A stretch of DNA of 32,000 nucleotides from Deinococcus radiodurans R1 = ATCC 13939 = DSM 20539 (GTDB taxonomy: Bacteria; Deinococcota; Deinococci; Deinococcales; Deinococcaceae). The notes beneath the pieces were generated by a model that searched no databases, was not told the origin of the DNA, and saw only the letters and a program-made list of their open reading frames with translations. Positions within the stretch are counted from its first letter, which is position 1; each line of letters begins with the position of its first letter. The stretch spans positions 2,293,347 to 2,325,346 of the forward strand of contig NC_001263.1 in the NCBI RefSeq assembly GCF_000008565.1, written 5' to 3'. Positions 10,758-20,651 of the stretch are shown in pieces. The position numbers and the translations under genes were made by a program.

Positions 10758-10826
10758 TGATAAAAAGAGAATAACGCGGTATGCATCCCTTGTCAACTCC
10801 ATGCGCGGGACTAGAAAAAGCTCGTC
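10732..10826 (+). repeat. ~95-bp small intergenic repeat, family 2, copy B
   Basis: Second copy of the 8664-8758 element, lying between the convergent wHTH and MerR genes. Confidence 0.85.
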
Positions 10827-10837
10827 TGTGGCGGCCT

Positions 10838-11305
10838 TTACGCCGGGTCTTTCTCCCGCAGCAATTCACCTACCTGCGCCCCGGCCAGCCGCCGCTGCAC
10901 GTAGTCGAGGTCGCGCTGCACGTCGCGGCGCAGGGCACGGGCGTCCTTCAGTTCCTTTTCGGCGGCGGTAATGCGTGTACTCAGCACCGTGAGCTGGCTG
11001 CTCAGGTCGCTTTCCAGGGTGTGCAGCGCTTCCTGGGTAAGCACCTGCCGCCCGTCGGGGTCGCTCTCCTGCGGGTGGGTGGAAATCGCCTGAATGGTGC
11101 CCAGGCTCAGGCCCAGCGCGCGCATCCGGCGAATGCGTTCCAAGCGCTGCACGTCGGCTTCCGAATACATACGGTAGCGGCTGTCGGTGCGCTCCGGCGT
11201 GACCAGCCCAAGTTCCTCATAGTACTTTAGGGTCCGCAGCGTCAGGCCCAGCCGGGCGGCCACTTCACCCACCTTGTAGCGGGCCGGTTCGGTCATGATG
11301 GTCAT
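10838..11305 (-). CDS. MerR-family transcriptional regulator
   Basis: YKVGEVAARLGLTLRTLKYYEELGLVTPERTDSRYRMYSEADVQRLERIRRMRALGLSL is a canonical MerR HTH followed by a coiled-coil dimerisation helix. Confidence 0.9.
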   Translation of the reverse strand: MTIMTEPARYKVGEVAARLGLTLRTLKYYEELGLVTPERTDSRYRMYSEADVQRLERIRRMRALGLSLGTIQAISTHPQESDPDGRQVLTQEALHTLESDLSSQLTVLSTRITAAEKELKDARALRRDVQRDLDYVQRRLAGAQVGELLREKDPA

Positions 11306-11308
11306 ATT

Positions 11309-11441
11309 CTAGAGCCTTTGACAAAAAGATGGCACAGCTTTTTGGCGAGCGGAGCGAGTACAAAACAAGGAGCAGAACGGAGAATGGAGCGGGTGGCGGT
11401 GCTGTTCCGACGCACGCGTCATTCGGAGAACTGCTCTAGAG
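11309..11441 (-). repeat. SRE/SNR-type small noncoding repeat (~133 bp), copy 1
   Basis: Bounded by CTAGAG...CTCTAGAG. Its reverse complement matches 20029-20160 at roughly 90 percent by eye (ctagagcagttctc.gaat.acgcgtg.gtcgg...ccacccgctccattct.cgttctgctcc.tgttttgtactcgct.cgctcgccaaaaagctgtgccatctttttgtcaaagg). Confidence 0.9.
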
Positions 11442-11516
11442 GTTCTCCAGCAAAATCAGCGGACTCCTGACATCTCCGGAGTCCGCTGAGGGATAAGTAA
11501 AGTCGAGAAAGGAAAC

Positions 11517-12734
11517 TCAGTGAACGTGCGGGTCGCTCGCCCGCGCCGCGTCAATCTGCCGGGCCGCCAGCGCCGTGATGACCAGGCCCAGCGCCACCGC
11601 GCCCGCGCCGAAGCCGTAGGGCATCTTGCCGCCGAGGTGCTCGGCAATCAAGCCGCTGCTCACCGGGGCCGCCGCCGCACCGAGCCAGCGCAGAAAGTTG
11701 TAGGCGCTCGTGGCGGTGGGCCGGGGCATGTGACTGACTTCCACGCTCAGGGTGGTCAGGGTGGCGTTCATCAGCCCGAACAGCACGCCGCTCAGCACGA
11801 CCAGACCGACCTTGACGCCCACCGCGAAGGGTGCAAAGCCCAGCAGCGCGAAAATGATGGTCAGGCCCGCCAGCGCACCCATCACCACGTTGCTCGCCTT
11901 GACGCGGCGCAGCAGCACTTCGGCCAGCTTGGTGCTGCCCAGGCCGAGCAAAATGCCCCAGCCGAAGAACATCAGGCCCAGGTTCAGGGTGCTGAGGTGG
12001 AGGAACAGCGGGGTGTAACCGAGCAGCAGGAAGAAACCGAAGTAGTACAGCAACCCGGTCAGGCCCACCGCCAGAAAGGCCGGGCGAGTGTAAGCGCGGA
12101 ACACGTCACCGATGGGCCGGGGCGGCTCCTTGCTCTCAGGCACCTTGACGAAGGCGGCCACCGAGGCGAGGGCGAGCAGCATCAGCGTGGCGGCCCCGAA
12201 AAAGGGAAAGCGCCAACTGTGCGAGCCGAGCACGCCGCCGAGCAGCGGCCCCATGCTCATGCCCAGGCCGATGGCGGCTTCGTAGCGCATGATGGCTTTT
12301 TCGGCGTGCCCGATCAGCGCCAGCAGCAGCACCAGCGCGGTGGGCGTGAACAGGGCGCTCCCCAGACCCCAGCCCCCACGGAAGACGGCGAGCGCTGGAA
12401 TAGACCCGCTCAGCCCGCAGGCGGCAGCGAACAGCGCGATGAGACCCAGGCCGATCAGCGCGACCCGCTTGCGCCCCAGCTTGGCCCCGATGTTGCCAGC
12501 AAACAGGGTCATGACGGCCATGACACCGAGGTAGGAGGTGAACAGCAATTCGACCTGGGTGGGCGTGGCCCCGAGCTGGCGCCCGATTTCCGGCAGGATG
12601 GGGTCCACCACCCCGACGCCCATGAAGGCGATGAGGCAGGCCGCCGTGACCGCCCACGACGCGACGTTGCGCCGACTGGCCTCCGACGGATCGAGGGCCA
12701 CCTCGCCAGGCAGAGAAGAAGCAGAAGCAGACAT
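11517..12734 (-). CDS. MFS transporter (drug-efflux-like), upstream of MerR on the same strand
   Basis: Track ORF 11517..12749 trimmed to the ATG at 12732-12734 (MSASASSLPGE...). It has about 12 TM segments and the motif GAKLGRKRV. Confidence 0.85.
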   Translation of the reverse strand: MSASASSLPGEVALDPSEASRRNVASWAVTAACLIAFMGVGVVDPILPEIGRQLGATPTQVELLFTSYLGVMAVMTLFAGNIGAKLGRKRVALIGLGLIALFAAACGLSGSIPALAVFRGGWGLGSALFTPTALVLLLALIGHAEKAIMRYEAAIGLGMSMGPLLGGVLGSHSWRFPFFGAATLMLLALASVAAFVKVPESKEPPRPIGDVFRAYTRPAFLAVGLTGLLYYFGFFLLLGYTPLFLHLSTLNLGLMFFGWGILLGLGSTKLAEVLLRRVKASNVVMGALAGLTIIFALLGFAPFAVGVKVGLVVLSGVLFGLMNATLTTLSVEVSHMPRPTATSAYNFLRWLGAAAAPVSSGLIAEHLGGKMPYGFGAGAVALGLVITALAARQIDAARASDPHVH

Positions 12735-12813
12735 AACCCAAACGTACACGTACAGGTTTAGGACGTTTGTGATCTGGCTTTCGTGTTGTTCCTCTGCGGG
12801 AAGTAACGGAATC

Positions 12814-12822
12814 TGCTAGAAT
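12814..12822 (+). promoter_or_regulatory. candidate extended -10 promoter (TGcTAGAAT) upstream of der
   Basis: tgctagaat at 12814-12822. There is no convincing -35. The leader to the der ATG would be about 95 nt. Confidence 0.3.
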
Positions 12823-12920
12823 GTCAGGTCTATGTCTCTCCCCTCGCCGTGAGGGAGGAGCCCCCTCGGCGGAATGCGCGAGACGCCGCGCAAACCGACA
12901 CCGTAAAGGAGCGTCTAAAA

Positions 12921-14237
<1,317 letters not shown>

Positions 14238-14255
14238 CCCGCCGCGCCCAAAAGA

Positions 14256-14286
14256 AGGAGACGACCTGCTGCTGGGGCCGTCTCCT
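14256..14286. terminator. bidirectional terminator between convergent der and the 14297-14905 gene
   Basis: aggagacg / cgtctcct 8-bp stem (14256-14263 pairs with 14279-14286), 15-nt loop. It is followed by ctcttcttgtt on the plus strand and tcttttggg on the minus strand. Confidence 0.55.
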
Positions 14287-14296
14287 CTCTTCTTGT

Positions 14297-14905
14297 TCAG
14301 TGGACCAGTTTGTCTTCCAGCAGTTTCAACACGCTGGCCGGCAAGCCCTGCCGAAACGGGTTGAAGTCCTGACCGCCCAGCACCGCCTGAACGGTCGTCT
14401 GTCCGCCGGGCACCTGAAAGGCAAGGCGATAAAACACCCGGTCCGGCAGCCCCTCGTCGCGGGCCAGACGACTGCTCGCCAGTTGCAGGGCCGCGCGGCG
14501 CTCAAGCTGGGCGCGGGCGGCGGCCAACTGACGCTCGCCGGACGGTCCCAGAGCCGCGTGCAGGACGGCGAGGCTCGCCTGCGCGGCGGCTGGGGTCAGC
14601 GCCGGAAGGGACCGCAGGCGCACGAGTTCCCGGCTCAGGTCAGTGGGTTGGGCCACGTCGAAACTGCTCAGCCGCGCCGCGTCGCGCAGGGCACTGACCG
14701 TGACGAGCAGCTCGAAGGTGGGGTTGTCCCATTTGGGTTGGGAGGGTGTCGTCATTTTCGGCATTGGCTGGGGCGCCGCCTGCGACGGAATCGTGTGCGG
14801 TGAGAGCGGCGAACCGGGGCCGACCTTGATGGCCAGCGACCCGGAAAAGGCCACGAGCGCCGCGAGCGCGGTGGCTGTCACTGAACTGCGGGAAGAGCTG
14901 AACAT
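14297..14905 (-). CDS. hypothetical secreted protein
   Basis: Track ORF 14297..14953 trimmed to the ATG at 14903-14905 (MFSSSRSSVTATALAALVAFSGSLA, signal-peptide-like). It is preceded on the minus strand by aaggagtccgaATG and a further AGGAGG. Confidence 0.6.
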   Translation of the reverse strand: MFSSSRSSVTATALAALVAFSGSLAIKVGPGSPLSPHTIPSQAAPQPMPKMTTPSQPKWDNPTFELLVTVSALRDAARLSSFDVAQPTDLSRELVRLRSLPALTPAAAQASLAVLHAALGPSGERQLAAARAQLERRAALQLASSRLARDEGLPDRVFYRLAFQVPGGQTTVQAVLGGQDFNPFRQGLPASVLKLLEDKLVH

Positions 14906-15006
14906 TCGGACTCCTTTGGAGGCTCCTCCTTCTAAAAACATACGGAGCGCCATACCTCCCCATTCTCACGCCGCAGCTTGACGGCGGTCTGAACGCGGGA
15001 CCTCTG

Positions 15007-15038
15007 AAAAAGGGGCGCCCGCCGCAGCAGACGCCCCT
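15007..15038 (-). terminator. candidate terminator after the metalloprotease gene
   Basis: aggggcg / cgcccct stem (15011-15017 pairs with 15032-15038), 14-nt loop, followed on the minus strand by a short U-run (complement of 15007-15010). Confidence 0.5.
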
Positions 15039-15067
15039 AAAAAGATCTAAAGCTCAGAGAGCCAAAT

Positions 15068-17200
15068 TCAGGGAGCCAGACGCTTGGCGCGCAGTGCCGG
15101 GGTTTCTTCCGGGCGCTGAACCGGGCCCTGCACGGGGCGCATGTGGTTGACCTTGCGGGCGGCGCGGGGCTGCTCGGTGGAGAGCTGGCCGACGCGGTCG
15201 TACCACTTGTAGCCTTCGACGCTCACGCCGTTCTGGCGGGCGGCGTCGATGACCTGACGGTAGCCCTGGTGGGCCAGATCGGCGGCGGCGCGGTAGTTGC
15301 GGGCCTGGTAAGCGTTCAGCGCCGAGGCGAAGGTCCGGTCGGCCTGCTGCGCGGCGCTGCGCATTTCAGGCACCTTGGCCGAGTTGCGCACGAGCTGCAA
15401 GATCGCGTTGCTGTTGGTGAGGTAGGCGGCGGTCAGGTAACGGTACTGCGCGTCGAGGTTGAACTGCCCGAAGGTCTTGGACAGGTTGTTGTAGCTCATG
15501 ACGCTGTGGACTTCGTCGCCCACGTTCACGAAGTTGGTGGGGCCACTGGGGCCGAAGTCCTCGTAACGCTCGCTGTCGTAGCCGTCGTGGGGGTGCGACT
15601 GGCTGAGGTGGTGGCCCGACTCGTGCACCGCGGTGTCGGTAAAGCCGTAGCCCGCCTTGTTCAGCGCCGGGGTCAGGAAGTCGAGCGTCATGGTCTGGGT
15701 GCCGGTCACGCCGTCGCTGATCGCCTGACCGAGCAGCCCCTGGTTGGGCGTCTTGGCGTTGGTGTCGTTGAACAGGTAATTGGTGAGCTGATACTGCCCT
15801 GGCGTGGCCTGGTTGCGCTGACGGATTTCGGCCTGCGCGAGCTGGAAGAACTGTTCGCCCTCGGCGTCGGCGTAGTCGGGCGAGCAGGCGTCGTCGGTGG
15901 GCAGCGGGAAAAAGCACTTGTAGGCGTCGGCCACGTCGCCACTCAGCGGCGTTTCGCGCACGCTGGCCGTCCACTTGATAAAGGGGTTGAGGACGCTCAG
16001 GCGCTCGCGCACCACAGCGGGGTTGACCACGCGAGCACTCGCGGGGGCGTCGGGGCCCTGCTCCAGCGCGAGGTCCACATTGATCTGCTCGGGCATGTCG
16101 GGCGGGGTCAGCGCCGCGCGGTACAGGGCGCTGGGGGTAAACAGCAGGTCGATGGCGGTGTAGCGCACGACCTGACCGAGGTCGGCGGTGATCTTCTGGC
16201 CGTAAGCCGCGCTGGCCTTGCGGGTGCCGTATTCCCAGATGGGCGGCATGCGCTTGTCGGGAACATCGTCGCCGTCGAGGTCAGCGTCGCTGATGTTCCA
16301 GGCGTTGGTCCAGTAGTCGGGGTTGGCCGACTGGTCGTAGAACCAGAGGCGGCGGGCGCTGGCCTGATCCTCGCTGGGGGTGCCGCCCCAGGCGACGGTG
16401 CGGCGGCTGCTGCGCTGCCCGAAGTCGACCCCGGTGTCGGACTCCACCGACTCGGGGCGCTCGTGCGAGTAGCTGTGGAACTTGAAGTCGGGCCGGCCGT
16501 ACCAGTTGATCAGGAACACGGTGTGCTGGGTGGGGTCGATGCCCAGTTTGCCCGCGTTGTCGCCCAGCCACTTCTCGACAGCGAGGCCGTCCACTTCCCA
16601 GTTGCCGGTGATCTCACGGGCAATGTTACCGGCGGGCTCGGGGCAGGCGTAGAGCGGCGTGAGGTCGCCGGGCTTGCGGTCCAGCACCTTGAGGACCTTC
16701 TGGGTGTCCGCCGACTGGCAGTTGTAGGCCGCCGCCGAGATGTTGAGGTAGGTCAGCCCGTCTTTCTGCACCGACTCTTCCTTGCCGCTGCTCGCCAGGA
16801 AAGCGAAGAACTCGTCCTCAAAGCTCTTGGGCGCCGTGACGTAGTTGTAGTCGAAGGTGAAGTTGTTGCCGCTCAGCTCGTTGTTGCCGTAGAAGCTGGG
16901 GTAACGGTTGATGGTCTTGTAGGTCGCGGGCAGTTCCTGACGCAGGCTGCTGAAGTTCAGGTCGCGCGCCCCCGTCACCTGGCCGGGCGAGGTGGCCGCG
17001 TAGCCGATGTTGACGATGTTGACCTTGAGCTTTTGCTCGATGGTGCCGAGTTCGCCGGGCTGGAGCGTGCTGAGCTGCCCGAACGACGAGGGGTCGAGCT
17101 TCTCGGGCTGGGGCTTGGGCTGCGGTTGGGTGTCGGTGTTTCCGCAGGCAGCGAGCAAACTGGCGCCGAGCAGCGCGATTCCCAGTGCTTTGACTTTCAT
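15068..17200 (-). CDS. secreted lipoprotein, metzincin-like zinc metalloprotease (710 aa)
   Basis: Track ORF 15068..17662 trimmed to the ATG at 17198-17200 (MKVKALGIALLGASLLAACGN, lipobox LAAC), with RBS aaggagaccccATG. HESGHHLSQSH (HExxHxxxxxH) is at complement 15593-15625, and a Met-turn-like SVMSY lies downstream. Confidence 0.8.
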   Translation of the reverse strand: MKVKALGIALLGASLLAACGNTDTQPQPKPQPEKLDPSSFGQLSTLQPGELGTIEQKLKVNIVNIGYAATSPGQVTGARDLNFSSLRQELPATYKTINRYPSFYGNNELSGNNFTFDYNYVTAPKSFEDEFFAFLASSGKEESVQKDGLTYLNISAAAYNCQSADTQKVLKVLDRKPGDLTPLYACPEPAGNIAREITGNWEVDGLAVEKWLGDNAGKLGIDPTQHTVFLINWYGRPDFKFHSYSHERPESVESDTGVDFGQRSSRRTVAWGGTPSEDQASARRLWFYDQSANPDYWTNAWNISDADLDGDDVPDKRMPPIWEYGTRKASAAYGQKITADLGQVVRYTAIDLLFTPSALYRAALTPPDMPEQINVDLALEQGPDAPASARVVNPAVVRERLSVLNPFIKWTASVRETPLSGDVADAYKCFFPLPTDDACSPDYADAEGEQFFQLAQAEIRQRNQATPGQYQLTNYLFNDTNAKTPNQGLLGQAISDGVTGTQTMTLDFLTPALNKAGYGFTDTAVHESGHHLSQSHPHDGYDSERYEDFGPSGPTNFVNVGDEVHSVMSYNNLSKTFGQFNLDAQYRYLTAAYLTNSNAILQLVRNSAKVPEMRSAAQQADRTFASALNAYQARNYRAAADLAHQGYRQVIDAARQNGVSVEGYKWYDRVGQLSTEQPRAARKVNHMRPVQGPVQRPEETPALRAKRLAP

Positions 17201-17391
17201 GGGGTCTCCTTGAAAAACGGGCAATGCAGAACAGGACAGGAACGAAGACTCGGGCTCCGTGAGCAAAAGATGTAGAGAGCTTGAGCGGCAGAATAGCAAA
17301 CGCCAGGGGCGGCCAGGAAAAGCATCTTCCCTCAGCCGCCCGCAAGAGTTGCCGTATTCAGACAACTCATGTTCCCGTTGTGATGTCGCGC

Positions 17392-18333
17392 TCAGCCCAG
17401 CCGCGCGTACTCCGCCGCGACCTGCGCCGCCGCCGCCGCGTTGTGGCGGACTAGAGCGATGTTCGTCTCCAGGCTGCGGCCCCCGGTGAGTTCCACGATG
17501 CGGCCCAGCAGGTACGGCGTGGTGTCCTTGCCGCTCAGCCCAAGCGCGGCCATGTCCGCCAGCGCCCGCGTGATGTGGGTTTCCATCTCCTCGGCGGGAA
17601 TCTCGGCGGTTTCGGGCACCGGATTGGCGAGCAGGACGCCGCCGGTCAGGCCCAGGTCCCACTTCACCTTCAGCACGCGGGCGGCCTCGGCGGGGGTCTG
17701 GACCGTGAGCGGCGAGCTGAAGCCGCTGCGGCGCGAGTAGAAGGCAGGAAACTCATCGGCGCCGAGGGTGATGGCGGGCACGCCCTGCGTTTCCAGCACT
17801 TCCAGCGTCAGGCCAATGTCCAGAATGCTCTTGACCCCGGCGCTCACCACGCACACGTCGGTGCGGGCGAGTTCGAGCAGGTCGGCGCTGATGTCCATCG
17901 TCTCGCCCGCGCCCCGGTGCACGCCGCCGGTGCCACCCGTTGCAAAGACGCGAATCCCGGCGAGCGCGGCAATCCGCATGGTGGAGGCCACCGTCGTCGC
18001 CCCGTGGCCCCCGAGCGCCACCGTCACCGGCAGGTCGCGGGTGCTGATTTTCTGCACCGCCTTGTCGGTGGCGAGCAGCTCCAACTCGTCGGCACTCAGC
18101 CCCACCTTGAGCCGCCCGCCGAGCACAGCGATAGTCGCGGGCACGGCGCCGTTGTCGCGCACGATTTGCTCCACGCCCCGCGCCATCTCCACGTTTTGCG
18201 GGTAGGGCATCCCGTGGCTGATGATGGTGCTTTCGAGCGCCACCACCGGGCGGCCCTGCGAGAGCGCGGCGGCGACTTCGGGCTGAAGGTCGAGGTAAGA
18301 ATGGAGGCGGTCATTGCTGGGTTTGCTGGTCAT
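17392..18333 (-). CDS. psuG: pseudouridine-5'-phosphate glycosidase
   Basis: 313 aa. VVALESTIISHGMPYPQN...TGGTGGVHRG...DISADL is characteristic of the YeiN/PsuG (IndA) family. Confidence 0.9.
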   Translation of the reverse strand: MTSKPSNDRLHSYLDLQPEVAAALSQGRPVVALESTIISHGMPYPQNVEMARGVEQIVRDNGAVPATIAVLGGRLKVGLSADELELLATDKAVQKISTRDLPVTVALGGHGATTVASTMRIAALAGIRVFATGGTGGVHRGAGETMDISADLLELARTDVCVVSAGVKSILDIGLTLEVLETQGVPAITLGADEFPAFYSRRSGFSSPLTVQTPAEAARVLKVKWDLGLTGGVLLANPVPETAEIPAEEMETHITRALADMAALGLSGKDTTPYLLGRIVELTGGRSLETNIALVRHNAAAAAQVAAEYARLG

Positions 18334-18379
18334 GGGATTCCTTCCTTTGGTGCAGAGCTGATGGTGCAGGGCTGGTGAT

Positions 18380-19495
18380 TCAAGATTGGGCGAGGCGGGC
18401 CTGAATGGCCGCTCGTGAGAGGTCAGGGACGACGGTGAGCGGGCTTTCCACCGTCAGCGCGGCGGCGGCGTGACCCTCGCGGGCGGCGTGAAGCGGGGTG
18501 AGGCCCGCCACCAGCCCGGCGAGAAAGGCGGCGAGCATGGCGTCTCCGGCGCCGGTCACGTCCACCACGGCGGCGGGGAGGGCGGGCAACTCGTGACTCT
18601 CGTCGGGCAGGCTGAGCACGCTGCCGCGCTCGCCCCGGCGCACCCAGACGAGTTCGGCGCCCAGCGCGTGCAGTTCCAGCGCCGCTTCCCGAATGGCCGC
18701 CGGGCTATCGGCCACCTCACGTCCCACCAGGGCAGCGAGTTCGGCGAGGTTGGGGGTCACGGCGTAGGGCACGTGCCCGGCAGCGAGCGCGGGGCGCAGG
18801 CGGGCCGCTTTGGGCACGCTGACCGGCTCGTAGACCACCCGCACGCCGGTTTCGGCGGCGAGGGCGAGCAGCGTGGGCAGGGTATCTGCGGGCAGGTTGC
18901 CGTCGGCCACCACCCACGCGGCGCCGCGTAAGGAGGCCCGCAGGCCGCGCAGGGCCGCCGGGGTCAGGTGCTCCATCACGTCCATCGCCGCCACCGCGAG
19001 CAGCAACTCGCCACCCGCGCCGAGCACCGCCGTATAGCTGCCGGTCGCCGCGCCGGACACCCGCAGCACGCCCGACACGTCCACCCCCGCCGCCTCCGTC
19101 TCGCGCAGCAGGACGTCGCCCAGGCTGTCGGGCCCCACCGCCGACACCAGCGCGGCCGACACCCCCAGCCGCGCCAGATTCTCGGCCACGTTGCGCGCCA
19201 CGCCGCCGGGCGACTGGCTGGTCACGCCGGGGTTGCTGGTGCCGGGGACCGCCTCGCCCCGCACGCGCGCCTTGAGGTCCATGTTGGCCCCGCCGACCAC
19301 CACCACCTTCTGCGGCGCCTCACCGGCCAGCACGTACCCGCGCCCGAGCAGCGCCCCTTTTTTCAGCAGGTTGCTGACATGCACGTTCACCGCCGCCCGC
19401 GTCGTGCCGAGCTGCCGGGCAAGCTCTTCCGGGGTGGCGAGCGGCGCGGCGCGAATCAGGTCGAGCAGCTCACGCTCGCGCGGGGTCAGGTCCAT
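18380..19495 (-). CDS. psuK: PfkB-family carbohydrate kinase with N-terminal wHTH; probable pseudouridine kinase
   Basis: Track ORF 18380..20206 trimmed to the ATG at 19493-19495 (MDLTPRERELLDLIRAAPLATPEELARQLGTTRAAVNVHVSNLLKKGAL...). PfkB motifs include VVVVGGANMDL and DVTGAGDAMLAAF. It lies immediately upstream of psuG on the same strand. Confidence 0.75.
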   Translation of the reverse strand: MDLTPRERELLDLIRAAPLATPEELARQLGTTRAAVNVHVSNLLKKGALLGRGYVLAGEAPQKVVVVGGANMDLKARVRGEAVPGTSNPGVTSQSPGGVARNVAENLARLGVSAALVSAVGPDSLGDVLLRETEAAGVDVSGVLRVSGAATGSYTAVLGAGGELLLAVAAMDVMEHLTPAALRGLRASLRGAAWVVADGNLPADTLPTLLALAAETGVRVVYEPVSVPKAARLRPALAAGHVPYAVTPNLAELAALVGREVADSPAAIREAALELHALGAELVWVRRGERGSVLSLPDESHELPALPAAVVDVTGAGDAMLAAFLAGLVAGLTPLHAAREGHAAAALTVESPLTVVPDLSRAAIQARLAQS

Positions 19496-19567
19496 ACTTA
19501 GTAGAGTAAGTTGATTTAGTCGAATAAGCAAGGGCCGGCTTTCATCTGCCTGCTCTACGCTCGCCGG

Positions 19568-20032
19568 ATGATGTGGTCCGCTTTTCTTCCCGTCCTGGCG
19601 CTGCTGGGCACGCCGACCCCTCCCGAAACGGTCCTTCCCGCGCGGGCCGGACAGACCGCCACCCTGCGCGTGGACCTCGGCACCCGCGAACTGCTGCTCA
19701 ACCGCGAGGCGCCCAACCTGCTGACCCTGCGGACGCCGTGGGGACAGGTGCAGACCCGGCCCAGCGGCACCCCGCACCGCGACCCCGCCTACGCCGGATA
19801 CTTCGGGCAGGTGCGGCCCGCGCTGCTCAAAGTCAAGGTGCCGGCGGCGACCAAACCGGGCCGCTACGCCGCGCACCTCACCGCCGACCTGTTCGTGTGC
19901 GACACCGGCGACAAGCTCTGTACCCGCCGCACCCTCAAGCTGCCGGTGCAGGTGCAGGTGGGCAACGGGGCCCGCCCCGGCACGCTGACGCTGAAAGACG
20001 AACACCTGCGCCCGTCTAGGCTGCGGTTCTAG
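19568..20032 (+). CDS. hypothetical secreted protein (Cys-x6-Cys near the C-terminus, weakly DsbD-N/DsbC-domain-like)
   Basis: 154 aa with a signal-like N-terminus (MMWSAFLPVLALLG) and the motif LFVCDTGDKLCTRRTLKLPV. The stop codon TAG (20030-20032) lies inside the terminal CTAGAG of SRE copy 2. Confidence 0.55.
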   Translation: MMWSAFLPVLALLGTPTPPETVLPARAGQTATLRVDLGTRELLLNREAPNLLTLRTPWGQVQTRPSGTPHRDPAYAGYFGQVRPALLKVKVPAATKPGRYAAHLTADLFVCDTGDKLCTRRTLKLPVQVQVGNGARPGTLTLKDEHLRPSRLRF

Positions 20033-20160
20033 AGCAGTTCTCTGAATTACGCGTGTGTCGGCAGCAGCAACGCCACCCGCTCCATTCTTCGTTCTGCTCC
20101 ATGTTTTGTACTCGCTTCGCTCGCCAAAAAGCTGTGCCATCTTTTTGTCAAAGGCCCTGA
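20029..20160 (+). repeat. SRE/SNR-type small noncoding repeat, copy 2
   Basis: Inverted relative to copy 1 (11309-11441). See that entry for the alignment. Confidence 0.9.
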
Positions 20161-20226
20161 ACTTTGGCCAGACGACGGCTGGCACTCCGCTGACCATCCG
20201 GGGCAAAGCGTTCGCTACACTGAGCC

Positions 20227-20580
20227 ATGAAGCCCGAAGAGAGGAACCCGGCTGACGCGGCGCGCTCCCACGCGGTTCGGCACCTGACTGTGCACGGGGC
20301 CTGGCAGGGCAAGGTGGGCGACCCCCAGCGCATCTTTGAAGGCACGGTGACGGCCTCGGACCACCCCGCGCTGAGCAGCGGCGAGCGCGTCACGGTGCGC
20401 TACCAGATGGACGCGGGGCGGGTGCCCGGCGCCAGCGAACACGGCCATTACGTCCTGAGCAGCGACGCCGGCAGCTCTCTGCTCGTCAGCTTCACCTGTC
20501 GTTCGGCGGCCACCACCGGCAAGCAGGGCACCGACGATACCCGGCCCGCCGACTGGCAGGCGGTCGTTCAGCCGGAATAA
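20227..20580 (+). CDS. hypothetical protein (117 aa)
   Basis: ORF with strongly GC-biased third positions. No recognisable motif. Confidence 0.45.
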   Translation: MKPEERNPADAARSHAVRHLTVHGAWQGKVGDPQRIFEGTVTASDHPALSSGERVTVRYQMDAGRVPGASEHGHYVLSSDAGSSLLVSFTCRSAATTGKQGTDDTRPADWQAVVQPE

Positions 20581-20651
20581 GGGCAAGCAGCCTATAGAAA
20601 AAGGGAAAAGGCCCGTCGCCTCTCCCCCACTTTTTTTCTAGGTCTGAAGCA

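Noticed and set aside
15143-17275. 710-aa plus-strand ORF opposite the metalloprotease gene. Similar shadows occur at 24644-26767 (-), 22573-23742 (-), 11520-12761 (+), 27014-28090 (+), 13365-14138 (-), 17575-18378 (+), 21612-22529 (+) and 29935-30849 (+).
   Set aside because: Each is antisense to a gene with strong family motifs or a TM pattern. All have Gly/Ala/Arg/Val-rich, motif-free translations expected from stop-poor antisense frames in GC-rich DNA.
17201-17662. N-terminal extensions of several track ORFs: 15068..17662, 18380..20206, 4067..6829, 12849..14237, 8017..8703, 26722..27162 and 30942..31871.
   Set aside because: Internal ATGs are preceded by good RBSs or followed by signal peptides or conserved N-termini. 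The extensions are Arg/Pro/Gly-rich, overlap repeats, terminators or neighbouring genes, and lack homology-like features.
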